The notes beneath the pieces were generated by a model that was given only the letters and a program-made list of their open reading frames with translations, made no database searches and was not told the DNA's origin. DNA of 64,000 nt from contig NC_057719.1 in assembly GCF_004010195.1 (NCBI RefSeq), positions 21,040,979 through 21,104,978 on the forward strand, read 5' to 3'. Within the stretch, counting starts at the first letter, position 1. The number at the start of each line of letters is the position of its first letter. The DNA is from Chiloscyllium plagiosum. Lineage: Eukaryota. This document shows, piece after piece, positions 22,989-35,299 of this stretch. The translations under genes and the position numbers were made by a program.

Positions 22989-25900
22989 AATACTGACCAT
23001 AATATGATAGAATTTCACAATAAGTTTGAACGAGACAAAAGTAATTCTGAAATTAAGGTCTTAAACATGACGATAGGAAATTATGAAGGGATCGTTTGAT
23101 AATTGTGGATTAGGAAATGCATTTTAAGATTGATAGTTGACTGACAATGGCTAGTATTTCTTTTTAAGAAATGCTACATGATCTGCAACAGATATTAAAT
23201 TCTCAAAGGTTCAAATATTCAGAGGGAAAGGGAAATCAACTGATGTCAATGAAAGAAATTACCAATTTCTTTAGATCAAGGGAATTCCCTCATAAGAATG
23301 AAAGAAAAAGTGGTAATCCTGAGGACTGGAAGCATTTTAAAACCCAACAAAGGAGATCCAAGCAAGTGATTAAGAAAAGGAAAAGAGAATATGAATGTAA
23401 ACCTGAGAGGAACATAAAGACAGACTGGGAAAGCTTCTTTAGGTATATAAAATGGGAAAATAAAAGTTTAGGGCAAATGTGGGACTATTGCAAATTTGAA
23501 CAGGGGAATTTACAGGGAAGAAGTCTGAAAAGGTGAAAAAACTAAATAGTTACATCAGTCTGTCTTTATGGAAAATGGTAAAAGTAAAAACTAAGAATCA
23601 TGAGACAAACAAGTGACTTGCAAAACTGATGAACAAATCAAAATTAGTGTCAGCAATGAGGAAGTACTCGTAAAGTTAACTGGATTGAGAGTTGATAAAT
23701 CCTTTGCATTCGATGGACTTCATCCCAGAATGTTCAAGCACATAGCTCGAGAGATAATGGATGCATTGGTGACTGTCTTTGAAAGTTCTATTGATTCTGG
23801 AAGGGTTTGTGCAGACTGAAAAGTAGCAAATGTGACCCCACTGTTTAAAAAGGGAAGGAAAGGAAGAATGGAGAACTGCAAACCTACAACAATTGACTGC
23901 GGCAGTTCAAGAAAGCAGCACACCATCACCTCCTCAAAAACAATTAGGGATGGGCAAGAAATGGCTCACCTAGCTAGTGATGACTACATCCTATAAATGA
24001 ATAAGAATGGGCTGTAACCTGACCACTCAAAAGTCTTAATTGGTGGCAAGTCAAAAATGTCACCCATTGACCTTCTTGCCCAGCACTTAATTGCTGATGT
24101 CCTGTATATCACAATGATTCTTTGCCCTTCTCACCACCTCCAGGGAGGGAAAAACAGTGTCCAAAAAGGCCATGGTGGGGCTTTCGCTGGTTATTGATAC
24201 AGACAAATCTCATCTGGCAATATGTAACCATGAAATGACTGTAGTAAATCACTATAGTTTTCACTCCCTAAATATGCTATTCAGGCACAATTTATTTCAA
24301 TGACAACTCACAATGTACAGTAGTATGCATGTTGACTTTGTCAGTCCAGGCCTACTTTAATATCAGCCGCCAAACAAAAGCTAACTGCTTGGTGGTAAGA
24401 GATATTCAATACTCCACCAACTCATTACTTTTTTTTGTGGAACCCCTAGTTCTGCAGAGGATTGTTGCACTGAAGGACTTGAAATAGATGTGAAAAAGAA
24501 AGGCAGTACCTGCTGTAATGTGCAAGAGTAGATTTGGAATAATCTGAGGGTGTTTTGAAAAGCACACTTGGATCTTGGTATTGTAGCACCTGCTGTGCAA
24601 CTTTGCATTCAAGAAAGAACTAATGATCAATGTTCCATGTAATGCCAGAAGTTCAATGGAAAGTCAAGATGTTTTTATAACTTTAGTCAACATACAACCC
24701 CAAATTGTTGCTCCATGATAAATTGAAAATGACACTGTCTACGACCCTGCTATATGATGTGGATGCACTTTGGTTTCAGCAGGAGTACTCGGAACAGGAT
24801 TCTTAGGACCAGACATTGCAGGAACAGACCTGAAAAAATCAAATCATGGAACACTTGAGAGAGTCCGTAAATCTTTTGGATATAATGGCCATTATATTGT
24901 AATGGAGTTGAAATAGGGAGTGCACCATTAACACAGACCATTGAGATATGTGATACAATGTCAAGCAGCACAATATATGTATAATTTAAATATCAAGTAA
25001 GCAGAAACTGTCCTGCCCTATTTATTATACTCAATAGAGTGGTGTTATCTTCCAAACCTCCTGTTCATTAAGTTCCTTAACTCTGGGCCTGACCTGGAGT
25101 GCATGGTTCACTCTTCAATTTAACTGTGCAACTTCAGAATTTTGCTTAAGTTCATTATGAAATCATTTTCAAATTAAAAATCAAACTATCTTCCCCAGAC
25201 TTCAGTAGCCACTTCAACTCCACTTAGGAAGGGGATGAAAATCGATCAGAACTAAATGCAGATAACTCATCTGTTGATACTTGGAATCAATTTAACCCAC
25301 AGCTAAAGGAAGGTGCTCAAAACTGATCAACACTAAACGCAGGTAAATCATTTATTAGCTCTTGTAATTAATTGTAACCCACAGCTATTATTACTATAAA
25401 AACAATACCAAAATCTTTTGGTTAACAATTTGAATTTTCTGTTAAAAATGAGAAAGAATTATTTAGGGAATATGAAGATGAAACAACTGTGATTAACAGA
25501 ACAATGAATAAGAACAATGGACCATCCTCTTACTTATGAACAGAATCTTACACTGAAGAAATCTCTTATCATAGATACATAAGTGAAAACTGGTGTCTTG
25601 TGAACATTTTAAAGTCCATAATAAAAATGAATGTTTACAAATGAAATATCGAGGTAATGTATCAAAATAACCTCTGATCTGATGCAAGTAATTAACCATA
25701 ATATAATACAAATATAATTTGAGGGGTACCACCCCATATCAATCAGGATGGCTTTCCTGAACACCACAGGATATTGGGAATGGACCTAGGTCATTGGTCT
25801 CATTCCTCACATACCGGCCACAGATGTCAGAGTAGGAGCCTGGTGTGGGGCACCATCTTCTTTGACGAACATGTATTGACTTATGTTTAAAAAATATTTT

Positions 25901-26749
25901 TGATGTATTTAATTCAGTGACTGTTCACTAAATGGGAACCTCAAATAAAGTGGGCTTATTCACCGTTTCAACTAACTTAAAGTGAGTTGTGAGAGTGGAG
26001 AATGAATACATGAAACATGATGATTATAATTCTTGCTGAAACTACAGTTTTCTCACTCAATGCAAACAATTATTTTCTTCAGAAAGAACACCAGGGAAAT
26101 GAACATAATAATTTAAAGAGGAAAATAATTTAAATGAATGATCTTTATTTGATTTTGGAAAGAGAATTAGGAATTGGCTTCAGAAAGTTGCACTGGTTTC
26201 AAAACTAGGCTTTTTCTTGTTCTTTTGCACTGTTGACTTGATATCTGAATCAAAATTCCATCCCACTCTGATCATCTCATCAAATGGTGCTAATCTGCCC
26301 ACAGGATTTGATTGACAACTTTGATCAATTGACTAGTATCAAAGATTTGTTGCAGCCAATTCCTGAGCTGCATGGCAACAGCTTATAGACAATTGATAGC
26401 ATCATTTGAAAAGCCCAAAAGGGGTTCATTGATTTCTAGTGGCCATACATAAAACATTCTACTTTCCTTGTGAGCTGAAACGTACAGCAGTCTGGACACA
26501 ATCAAGCAATTCAGTTGGATTGAATGACAGCATAAATGATTAACATATTTGTTTTTTGATAACCTTGAATAGCTGTAATTTTATCTCTGCATTTTTTAAT
26601 CTTGTTGCACCACCAATGCAACAGAGCTCAGAAAGCAATAACGACTTGCATTTATATCATACCTTTACAATAGTAAATGGTGTCAAGGCATCATGGTATC
26701 TGCAGCAGTACTTGCTGATGTTAGGGTAACTCCACAAAAATGTGGGGGA

Positions 26750-26930
26750 ACAAGAAAGAAACATTTGTATTTATTTACTTCCTTTCATGAACAAAGGACA
26801 TTTTGCGACAAAGCCCTTCCCAGTTGATGTATTTCAGAATGTTTATTATTGTGGAATCGAGAAATACAGCACCTACATTGTGAACAGCAAGGTCCCCCAA
26901 ACAGCAGTAAGATATTTGACCAAATAATTA
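26750..26930 (-). mobile_element. Ancient SINE/L2-type 3' tail remnant
   Basis: acagcaaggtcccccaaacagcag..gaccaaataat resembles the reverse of the 3' part of the 7840-8090 element. Confidence 0.4.
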
Positions 26931-26944
26931 ATATTCAAGAACTA

Positions 26945-27180
26945 ATACAGAGAATACTGGAAAATCTCAGCATGTCTGAAAGCATCTATGGAAAGAGAAA
27001 CAGTATTAAAGTTTTGAATCTGGTATGGATCTTCTCTAGATTTCTTCAAAACATTTCTCAATATATTGGACTCAAAATGTTAACTCTGCTTTCTCTCCAC
27101 AGTTTCTGCAGCAATTGAGAACTACTGAGACCCACTGAGTTTCTCCAGTTTTCTCCATTTTTTTCAGATTTCCAGCATGT
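26945..27180. mobile_element. Old PLE family E fold-back remnant
   Basis: ctggaaaatctcag..gaaagagaaacag is inverted relative to ctgctttctctcc..ctgagtttctccag; decayed ggactcaaaatgttaac hammerhead 3' half. Confidence 0.5.
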
Positions 27181-27232
27181 GTATTATTTTGCTTTCACTC
27201 AGAGATTCTGGTCAAGAGACATTGCTGACAAA

Positions 27233-27491
27233 GTTAAAAATCACACAACACCAGGTTATAGTCCAACAGGTTTAATTGGAAGCACATTAGCTTTCAGAGC
27301 AACGCTCCTTCATCAGGTGGTATTGGAGGGCTCAATCTTAACACACAATTTATGGCAAAAATTTACAGTGTGATGTAACTGAAATTATACATTGAAAAAT
27401 TTAGCCCTCCACTACCACCTGATGAAGGAGCGTCGCTGCGAAAGCTAGTGTGCTTCCAATTAAACGTGTTGGAATATAATCTGGTGTTGTG
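27233..27491. mobile_element. PLE family C fold-back insertion with two opposed hammerheads
   Basis: Inverted arms 27241-27332 / 27403-27494; hammerheads at 27285-27319 (-) and 27416-27450 (+); possible TSD tgacaaa 27226-27232 / 27492-27498. Confidence 0.88.
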
Positions 27492-27556
27492 TGACAAAAA
27501 GTAGTTATTGAGACAATATAATCCAACACTCATGATTCTGGAATACAGAATTGATG

Positions 27557-27858
27557 ATTAGATTAGATTACTTACAGTGTGGAAACAGGCCCTTCGGCCC
27601 AACAAGTCCACACCGACCCTCCGAAGAGCAACCCACCCAGACCCATTTCCCTACATTTACCCTTTCACGTAACACTACGGGCAATTTAGCATGGCCAATT
27701 CACTCAACCTGCACATTTTTGGACTGTGGGAGCACCCGGAGAAAACCCGCGCAGACGTGGGGAGAACGTGCAAACTCCACACAGACAGTTGCCTGAGGTA
27801 GGAAATGAACGCGGGTCTCTGGCGCTGTGAGGCAGCAGTGCTAACCACTGTGCCACCG
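27557..27858 (-). mobile_element. HE1-type V-SINE
   Basis: Reverse complement of the 17316 element, with (gatta)n tail. Confidence 0.92.
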
Positions 27859-28269
27859 ATTTATGACTATCTACTCCATTGCTTTGAAAATGGTGATAAT
27901 ACAATTTTAATATCTGAAGGCATGAGAGAGGATTGCAACTCTCCCCTGTGGAGTAATGCGTTAACAGCATCAGTCAAAAGATCATGATACAAGGATGATA
28001 TAAGATCAAACAGCTAAAACAAAGTCTGTAGTGGGCTCTCATAGAAGAAACACTCTGAGGCACTGCTGATACAACAGCAGTGTACCAGGCTCTGTACTAG
28101 GAGATCTGTGTTCAAGTCCCACCTCCTCCAGAGGTGTGTCTGATTAAAAAGAACACTCATAGTGTGTCTAGAAATATAGTGTGCAGAAAGTCTGTAAAAA
28201 GGTTATTTTAAAATGATTTCTGATGACAGCTTGAAACACAACCAGGTCCCTGACCTTGAGATAATAGCC

Positions 28270-28530
28270 ACGGAGTTTAAGACTGAGAGAAGGAGGAATT
28301 TGCTTTCACTCAGAGGGAGGGGACTTTTAGGAATTCTCTTCCCTAGTGAGTTGTGAAAACTCAATCATCAAGCACTTCAAGAGAAAAAAGATCAACTTGT
28401 GGAGGCTAATGGCCTCAAGGGATTGAAGACAATGTGGGAAAGTGGCACTGAGGTAAATGATCAGCCATGATCTAACTGAAAGTCTGAGCAAGCTTGTCAT
28501 GCTGACTGTCTTACTCCTATTCCTATGTGC
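28270..28530 (+). mobile_element. Old CR1 3' end
   Basis: aggaggaattt..tcagaggg..ggaattctct..atgatcagccatgatcta..tactcctattcctatg. Confidence 0.6.
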
Positions 28531-29407
28531 CTATCACCCTAATTACAAGACAAAACATAGTGGCAGTTCGAAAAAAATACTCAATACCAGTAATCTTTGA
28601 AGAAAAGGCTACAAAGGTAGCAAAGCACACAACCAAGTGAAAAAGAAATGATTTAAACTCACCAGGGAGAAGTCAAGGCCAGCTAGGAAGCTTAAAATGT
28701 ATAAAAACAGAAAAGAACAATAGCTTCCAGTAGGCACCTTTCCAGGTTTCCAAGACTTGGAATCAACACGAGTGCTTTATCAGCTATTGAAAAGCCTCAA
28801 GGTTAAACAGAAAGGAATCAGGGACTGCTCTGTTCTATGCAATCAGAACCATCACAGAAGATGTGTTGACCAGATAAGGTGTAACTGAGACTTTTCTTTT
28901 TATAAGGAGGCCCTGCAAGCTTTGCATGCATATTTTAGTAGCTATAAAATGTTGATCACCGAACAGGTTAAATTGAACTAATGGATTCAGAGACCAAGGA
29001 AGTTCACTTATTCATTTGTAGAATAATAGAATATTTAGTAAACAAAATAAGCCATTTAGCCCATCATGTCTGGACCAACTGGAAAATAAGCCTAATTTGA
29101 TTTTCCATAACTTCATCATGCACCTGCAGGTTTCAGCATTTGAGGTGCATATCCAGACACAATATAAATGAATAGATTTGGAGATGCTAGTGGTGAAGTG
29201 TACCATTTCCCCAATGTACCATGCCTCAGGGCATCCTTGCCTGCAACGTATAAGATAGACAACATTGGCTGACTCACATGAGTACCTGCCACGTACATGG
29301 TGGGAAGTGTCCCCACGTGTAATGATGATATCCATGTCCACACTCTGACACATCTTGCAGCGCCTACCATGACAGGGTTGCATGGAGTTGTCCCGAAAGC
29401 CGGGCAG

Positions 29408-29822
29408 AGTTGAAAAATGTGGTGCTGGAAAAACACAGCAGGCCAGGCAGCATCCGAGGAGCAGGAGAATCGACTTTTCAGGCATAAGCCCTTCTTCAGG
29501 AATGAGGCTGGTGTACCAAGCAGGCTGAAATAAAAGGTAGAGGTGAGGGAATTTGGGGGAGGGGTGTTGGGAATACGATAGGTGGAAGGAGGTGAGGGTG
29601 AAGGTGATAGGCCGGAGAGGGGGGGGGGGCGGAGAGGTTGGGAAGAAGATTGCAGGTCAAGGTCGTGTGGCCAGGGTCTGGCGATGGAGGAGGCCAAGGA
29701 CCTGCATGTCATTGGCGGAGTGGGAGGGGGAGCTAAAGTGTTCAGCCACGGGGCGGTTGGGTTGGTTGGTGCAGGTGTCCCAGAGGTGTTCCCTGAAACG
29801 TTCCGCAAGTAGGCAGCCTGTC
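29408..29822 (-). mobile_element. PLE family A fragment nested in family C
   Basis: 10-bp TSD agccgggcag 29398-29407 / 29823-29832; decayed hammerhead ~29468-29503. Confidence 0.9.
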
Positions 29823-29949
29823 AGCCGGGCAGCTTGCTATCAAAAAATGATTTTTTTGAGGTTTGGCGGTTGTTTAAAGGCAAGCAATGGAAGTGTGGGG
29901 AAGGTCTTGGTGAGGTGCTCATCCTCATTGATAATGTGTTGACATTGAT

Positions 29950-31098
29950 AATATGCCAACATCTTTATGCACAGGTTCGAACAAGACCTCTTCTCTATGC
30001 AGGATCTCCAACCAACATTATACACCAGGTACATTGATGACATTTCCTTCCTCTGGACCCATGGCGAGGAGTCACTGATAAAACTACACAGTGACATCGA
30101 CAAGTTTCATCCCACCATCAAACTCACCATGGACTACTCTTGACTATCTGTCTTATTCTTGGACACATACATCTCCATCAAGGATGGACACCTTAGCACC
30201 ACACTCTACCGCAAACCCACAGACAACCTCACAATGCTACACTTCTCCAGCTTCCACCCAAAACATATTAAAACAGCCATTCCATATGGACAAGCCCTAC
30301 GCGTACACCGGATCTGCTCAGATGAGGAGGAACATGACGGGCACCTGGAAGTACTGAGGGATGCCCTCACAAGAACAGGGTGTGTTGCTCAACTCATTGA
30401 CCTCCAGTTCCGATGTGCCCCAGCAAGGAACTGTAATGACCTCCTCAAGAGACAGACACGTGCTGCAACCAACAGGGTACCCTTCATTGTTCAGTATTTC
30501 CCAGGAGCTGAAATACTGCGCCATGTTCTTCGTGACCTGCAACACATTATCGATAAGGATGAGCATCTCGCCAAGACCTTCCCCACACCTCCACGGCTTG
30601 CCTTTAAACAACCATAAAACCTCAAACAGATAGTTGTTCGTAGCAAGCTGCCTGGCTTTCAGGACAACTACATACAATCCTGTCATGGTAGGCGCTGCAA
30701 GACGTGTCAGAGTGTGGACATAGATACCACCATTACATGTGGGGACACCTCCCACCATGTACATGGCAGGTACTCATGTGATTCAGCCAAGTTGTCTATC
30801 TTATACGTTGCAGGCAAGGATGCCCTGAGGCATGGTACATTGGGGAAACTGAGCAAAGGCTATGGCAACGGATGAATGGGCACTGCACAACAATCAACAG
30901 ACAGGAATATTCCCTCCCAGTTGGGGAACAATTCGATGGTCCAGGACATTTGACCTCAGACCTTCGGGTGACCATCCTCCAAGGCGGACTTCGGGACAGG
31001 CAGCAGTGAAAAGTCGCCGAGCAGAGGCTGATAGCTAACTTCCATACCCATAGGGAGGGTCTCAACTGGGACCTTGGGTTCATGTCACACTACAGGTG
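29950..31098 (+). pseudogene. PLE RT C-half + CxxC linker + GIY-YIG endonuclease, disrupted
   Basis: YTRYIDDI, FLDTYI, LYRKPTD, AIPYGQALR, CHGRRCKTC, VYLIRC..WYIGET. Confidence 0.9.
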
Positions 31099-31112
31099 AC
31101 CACCATTGCACT

Positions 31113-31290
31113 ATACACACACACACACAGACCCTCCTATTGACACACATACACATGGACACACATATACACAGACATGCACACAAACACTCACACACAC
31201 ACCCTTACAGACACACATACTCCCACACTCACACAGGCATCCTCTCAGAGGCTTAGACCATTCTACACTCATGCACACGCATATACACTC
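31113..31290 (+). repeat. Degenerate (CA)n tract within the PLE family C 3' region
   Basis: cacacacacacacag..acacacatac runs. Confidence 0.8.
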
Positions 31291-31583
31291 TCTTTTTTAG
31301 ATTAGAATCAATCTAAACATCATGGCATAGACAGAGAACACAGGGGGCTAACACCTTCAACATATTGTCTAGCTAACACCAATTGTTACAGCTAACCTGA
31401 GAATTCAACTTTTTTATAAAAAAGGTTTGTGATTTACACATGAAAGATGTGAAACTATGATGGTATTCGAACAGATGAAAGACTCAACAGACAATCAAGG
31501 TATTTTTCAGTGTATAATTTCAGTTACATCACACTGTAAATTTTTGTTATAAATTCTGTGCCTTACAATTGTGGTCTCCACAA

Positions 31584-31620
31584 TCACCTGATGAAGGAGC
31601 GTCGCTCCGAAAGCTAGTGA
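31584..31620 (+). ncRNA. Minimal type-I hammerhead ribozyme (family C)
   Basis: ucac-CUGAUGA-A-GGAGC-guc-GCUCC-GAAA-GC-UA-guga; perfect stems I and II. Confidence 0.9.
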
Positions 31621-31689
31621 GCTTCCAATTAAACCTGTTGGATTATCACCTGGTGTTGTGTGATTTTTAACTTAAATGAATAGAGGTTT

Positions 31690-33545
31690 CAGCTTCTATT
31701 ACTAACTTAGGCAGTGAGTTCCAGAACCCTACTACTCATAATACCTTAATAATCCTCATCTCCATTCTAATTTTCCTAATAATCTCTTTAACTCTGTGAC
31801 CCCTGGACACTGGCCTCTTTGCTAAAATAGACCCTTCCCATTCACTCTGTCCAGCTCAGTCACAATGTTGTACTTCTCAATGAAATCGTTTCTCAAGCCT
31901 CCTCTGCTCCTGGAAGAGTAACACCAACTATCCAATCAGAGCTGCAATTTTCCAGTCTTAGCAACTACTCATAAATCTTCCTGTACTCTCCCCAGTGTAA
32001 TTATAATCTTTCTGCATTGAAGTGACTAAGATTGTACATAGATTTCAAGTTCTGGCCTATCTAATGATTTATAGAGTTCCAGTAGATCCCCTTTCGTTGC
32101 TATATTCAATATCACAGTTAGAACATAGAACATAGAACATAGAACAATACAGCACAGAACAGGCCCTTCGGCCCACGATGTTGTGCCGAACTTCTAACCT
32201 AGATTAAGTACCCATCCATGTACCTATCCAAATGCCGCTTAAAGGTCGCCAATGATTCCGACTCTACCACACCCACGGGCAGCGCATTCCATGCCCCCAC
32301 CACTCTCTGGGTAAAGAACCCACCCCTGACATCTCCCCTATACCTTCCACCCTTCACCTTAAATTTATGTCCCCTTGTAACACTCTGTTGTACCCGGGGA
32401 AAAAGTCTCTGTCTACTCTATCTCTTCCCCTGATCATCTTATAAACCTCTATCAAGTCACCCCTCATCCTTCGCCGTTCCAACGAGAAAAGGCCGAGAAC
32501 TCTCAACCTATCCTCGTACGACTTCCTCTCCATTCCAGGCAACATCCTGGTAAATCTTCTCTGCACCCTCTCCAAAGCATCCACTTCCTTTTGGTAATGT
32601 GGTGACCAGAACCATACGCAGTATTCCAAATGTGGCCGAACCAAAGTCNNNNNNNNNNNNNNNNNNNNNNNNNNNNNNNNNNNNNNNNNNNNNNNNNNNN
32701 NNNNNNNNNNNNNNNNNNNNNNNNNNNNNNNNNNNNNNNNNNNNNNNNNNNNNNNNNNNNNNNNNNNNNNNNNNNNNNNNNNNNNNNNNNNNNNNNNNNN
32801 NNNNNNNNNNNNNNNNNNNNNNNNNNNNNNNNNNNNNNNNNNNNNNNNNNNNNNNNNNNNNNNNNNNNNNNNNNNNNNNNNNNNNNNNNNNNNNNNNNNN
32901 NNNNNNNNNNNNNNNNNNNNNNNNNNNNNNNNNNNNNNNNNNNNNNNNNNNNNNNNNNNNNNNNNNNNNNNNNNNNNAATTCCTAATCCAAAACTCCAAC
33001 TCACCCTCAATGCCATACCTCCGTATTTTTGAAGTAGCCTACCATGGGGAACCTTATCAAATGCCTTACTGAAATCCATGTACACTACATCCACTGCTCT
33101 TCCCTCATCCACATGCTTGGTCACCTCCTCGAAGAATTCAATAAGACTTGTAAGGCAAGACCTACCCTTCACAAATCCGTGCTGGCTGTCCCTTATCAAG
33201 TTAATGAAGGAAAGGTTCCATATGCCTTCTTAGCCACATTATTGACCTATCCTGCTAACCCCAGAGACATCCAAGGATCCTCATCTCCTCCACACCTCTC
33301 AACATTCTCCCAGTTATTGTTGTCTTGTGAGACGTACTCAAGTGGATCATCTCACACTTCCACAGGTTGAATCCAGTTTAAAACTTTTCTCAGAGATCAA
33401 GTTTCTTGATATCTTGTTGTGGCCTACAGCTATCCGGTCAACCATGTGGTCAATTTTTGTGACGTCAGAAGCTTCTTGATCATGCCCCCTACATTTACTT
33501 CCAAGTTGTTAACATATACCACAAATAGAACAGGACTGCTATTGA
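31690..33545 (-). mobile_element. Old CR1 (pieces ~31690-32118 and ~33200-33545) hosting a younger CR1
   Basis: Decayed RT/3' sequence continuous across the younger insert. Confidence 0.6.
32120..33198 (-). mobile_element. Young 5'-truncated CR1 with (tatgttc)n tail; spans a gap
   Basis: QHGFVKGRSCLT, YMDFSKAFDKV, LVRPHLEYC; agaacatagaacatag tail. Confidence 0.9.
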
Positions 33546-34050
33546 GCCTATCGGAAGGATGTTGTGAAACCTGAAAAGGTTCAGAAAAGGATTACAAGGA
33601 TGTTGCCAGGGTTGGAGGATTTGAGCTATAAGGAGAGGCTGAACAGGCTGGAGCTTTTTTCCCTGGAGCGTCGGAGTGACCTTATAGAGGTTTATAAAAT
33701 CATGAGGGGCTCGGATAGGGTAAATAGACAAAGTCTTTTCCCTGGGGTGGGGGAGTCCAGAACTAGAGAGCACAGGTTTAAGAAGGTGTGAGGGGAAAGA
33801 CATAAAAGAGACCTAAGGAACAACTTTTTCACGCAGAGGGTGGTACGTGTATGGAATGAGCTGCCAGAGGAAGTGGTGGAGGCTCGTGCAACATTTAAAA
33901 GGCATCTGGATGGTATATGAATGGGAAGGGTTTGGAGGGATATGGGTCGGGTACTGGCAGGTGGCGCTAGATTGGGTTGGAATATCTGGTCGGCATGGAC
34001 GAGTTGGATTGAAGGGTCTGTTTCGGTGCCATACATCTCTATGACCCTAT
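33546..34050 (+). mobile_element. CR1 3' fragment
   Basis: EKVQKRITRMLPG..DLIEVYKIM; 3'UTR ending catctctatgac. Confidence 0.88.
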
Positions 34051-34214
34051 GAGCCTGACTGAATTCCATGTGTAACAACCTTCCAGTTGCAAAAACACCT
34101 ATCAACTGACACATAGAAATGAAACAAATAATGAGTGATGCTGGTGATCTGAAACAATCAGATAGAGAAACTCAGCAGATCTGGCAGCATGGTGAAGAGA
34201 AAACCGAGTGAACT

Positions 34215-35088
34215 GATTTGATTTATTGAAGTCATGTGTACCTAAGTACAGTGAAAAGTTTTGTTTTTCAAGCAGTAAAGGCAGATCACAGCAAACAAAG
34301 ACCTAGGGACCAAAGGGTGCTTAGACAGATCGAGACATACAGGTGACACTGCACAGGAGGTGCACAAAGCAAAATCAGCATTAACAATATCAACTTGATT
34401 TGAAGTTAGAGAGGTCCATTCAGCAGTCTAATAATGGCAGGGGAGAAGCTGTTCTTCATCCTGTTGGTGCCATGTTCAGGCTACTGTATCTTCTGCCTGA
34501 TGGAAGAGGTTGCGGGAGAGCATTAGCGGGGTGCAATGGGTCTTTGGTGATGTTGATAGTCTTTCTACAGCAATGAGATATGTAAATAGAGCCCTTGGAT
34601 GGGAGGTTGGCTTCCATGATGGTTTGGGCTGTGAACACAACCTTTTGTAGTTTCTTATGGTCCTGGGCACAGCAGTTGCCATACCAGGCTGTTATGCACC
34701 TGGATAGAATGCTTTATATGGTGCATCTGTAAACATTGGTCAGAGTCCTTATGGACATGCCGAATTTCCTAAAACTCCAGAAGAAGAAGAGGCATTGTGC
34801 CTTCTTGACCATTGCATATACATGGGAGGTCCAGGACAGATTTCGGTTATTGTCATGAGGAACTTCCAACCTTCTCCACCTCAGCTCCATTGATGTAGAT
34901 GAGGCCTTGTCTTCCTCCTTTCTTCTAAAATCAACAATCAGTTCTTTTGCTTTGCCAACATTGAGAGAGAGATTGTCATCATTGCACCACAAAACCAATC
35001 CCTCTATCGCCTTCCTGTATTTTAACTTATCGGTGTTTGATATCCATCCTACCACACTGGTGTGATCTGCAAACATATAGATGGCATC
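34215..35088 (-). mobile_element. Rex1/Babar-clade LINE 3' fragment inserted in an old PLE pLTR
   Basis: FADHTSVVG..WCNDDNLSLNVGKAKELIVDFR, QPLPSGRRY; the host pLTR is split between 34120-34210 and 35090-35127. Confidence 0.75.
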
Positions 35089-35299
35089 CAAAGTTAACAT
35101 TTCAAGTCCAGTGACCCTTCTTCAGATCTCAAAGCAGTTTGGAAATGGAGTTAGGCAGTGGGGGAGAGGAAGGAGTAAGTAGATATGTAGAGACAAATTA
35201 CATCAAACCTAACCCTCTGTGTCTTGCTATTGAGCTAATTTTTGATCCAGTTTTACAACAGTCCTTTGATTTTATTTTAAAACCAGTATTCCGTGTGGA

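Larger units (their letters stand above)
18190..23885 (+). mobile_element. Old CR1 ORF2 split by younger insertions (pieces ~18190-18750 and ~22990-23885)
   Basis: Left piece ends near gaatactttggga; right piece resumes tgaccataat (LG/SDHN motif) and continues DGLHPR..ANVTPLFKKG. Confidence 0.7.
29177..31672. mobile_element. PLE family C (Neptune-like) composite fold-back insertion
   Basis: Minus arm 29177-29948 (tail, large deletion, EN part); plus arm 29950-31672 (RT, EN, pLTR without tail); 12-bp TSD taaatgaataga 29165-29176 / 31673-31684. Confidence 0.88.

Noticed and set aside
24780..24866. Possible plus-strand exon (ttggtttcag...gtaaat)
   Set aside because: Weak donor, unrecognised peptide, no neighbouring exons
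31074..31300. His/Thr-rich ORFs
   Set aside because: Translation of a degenerate CA microsatellite
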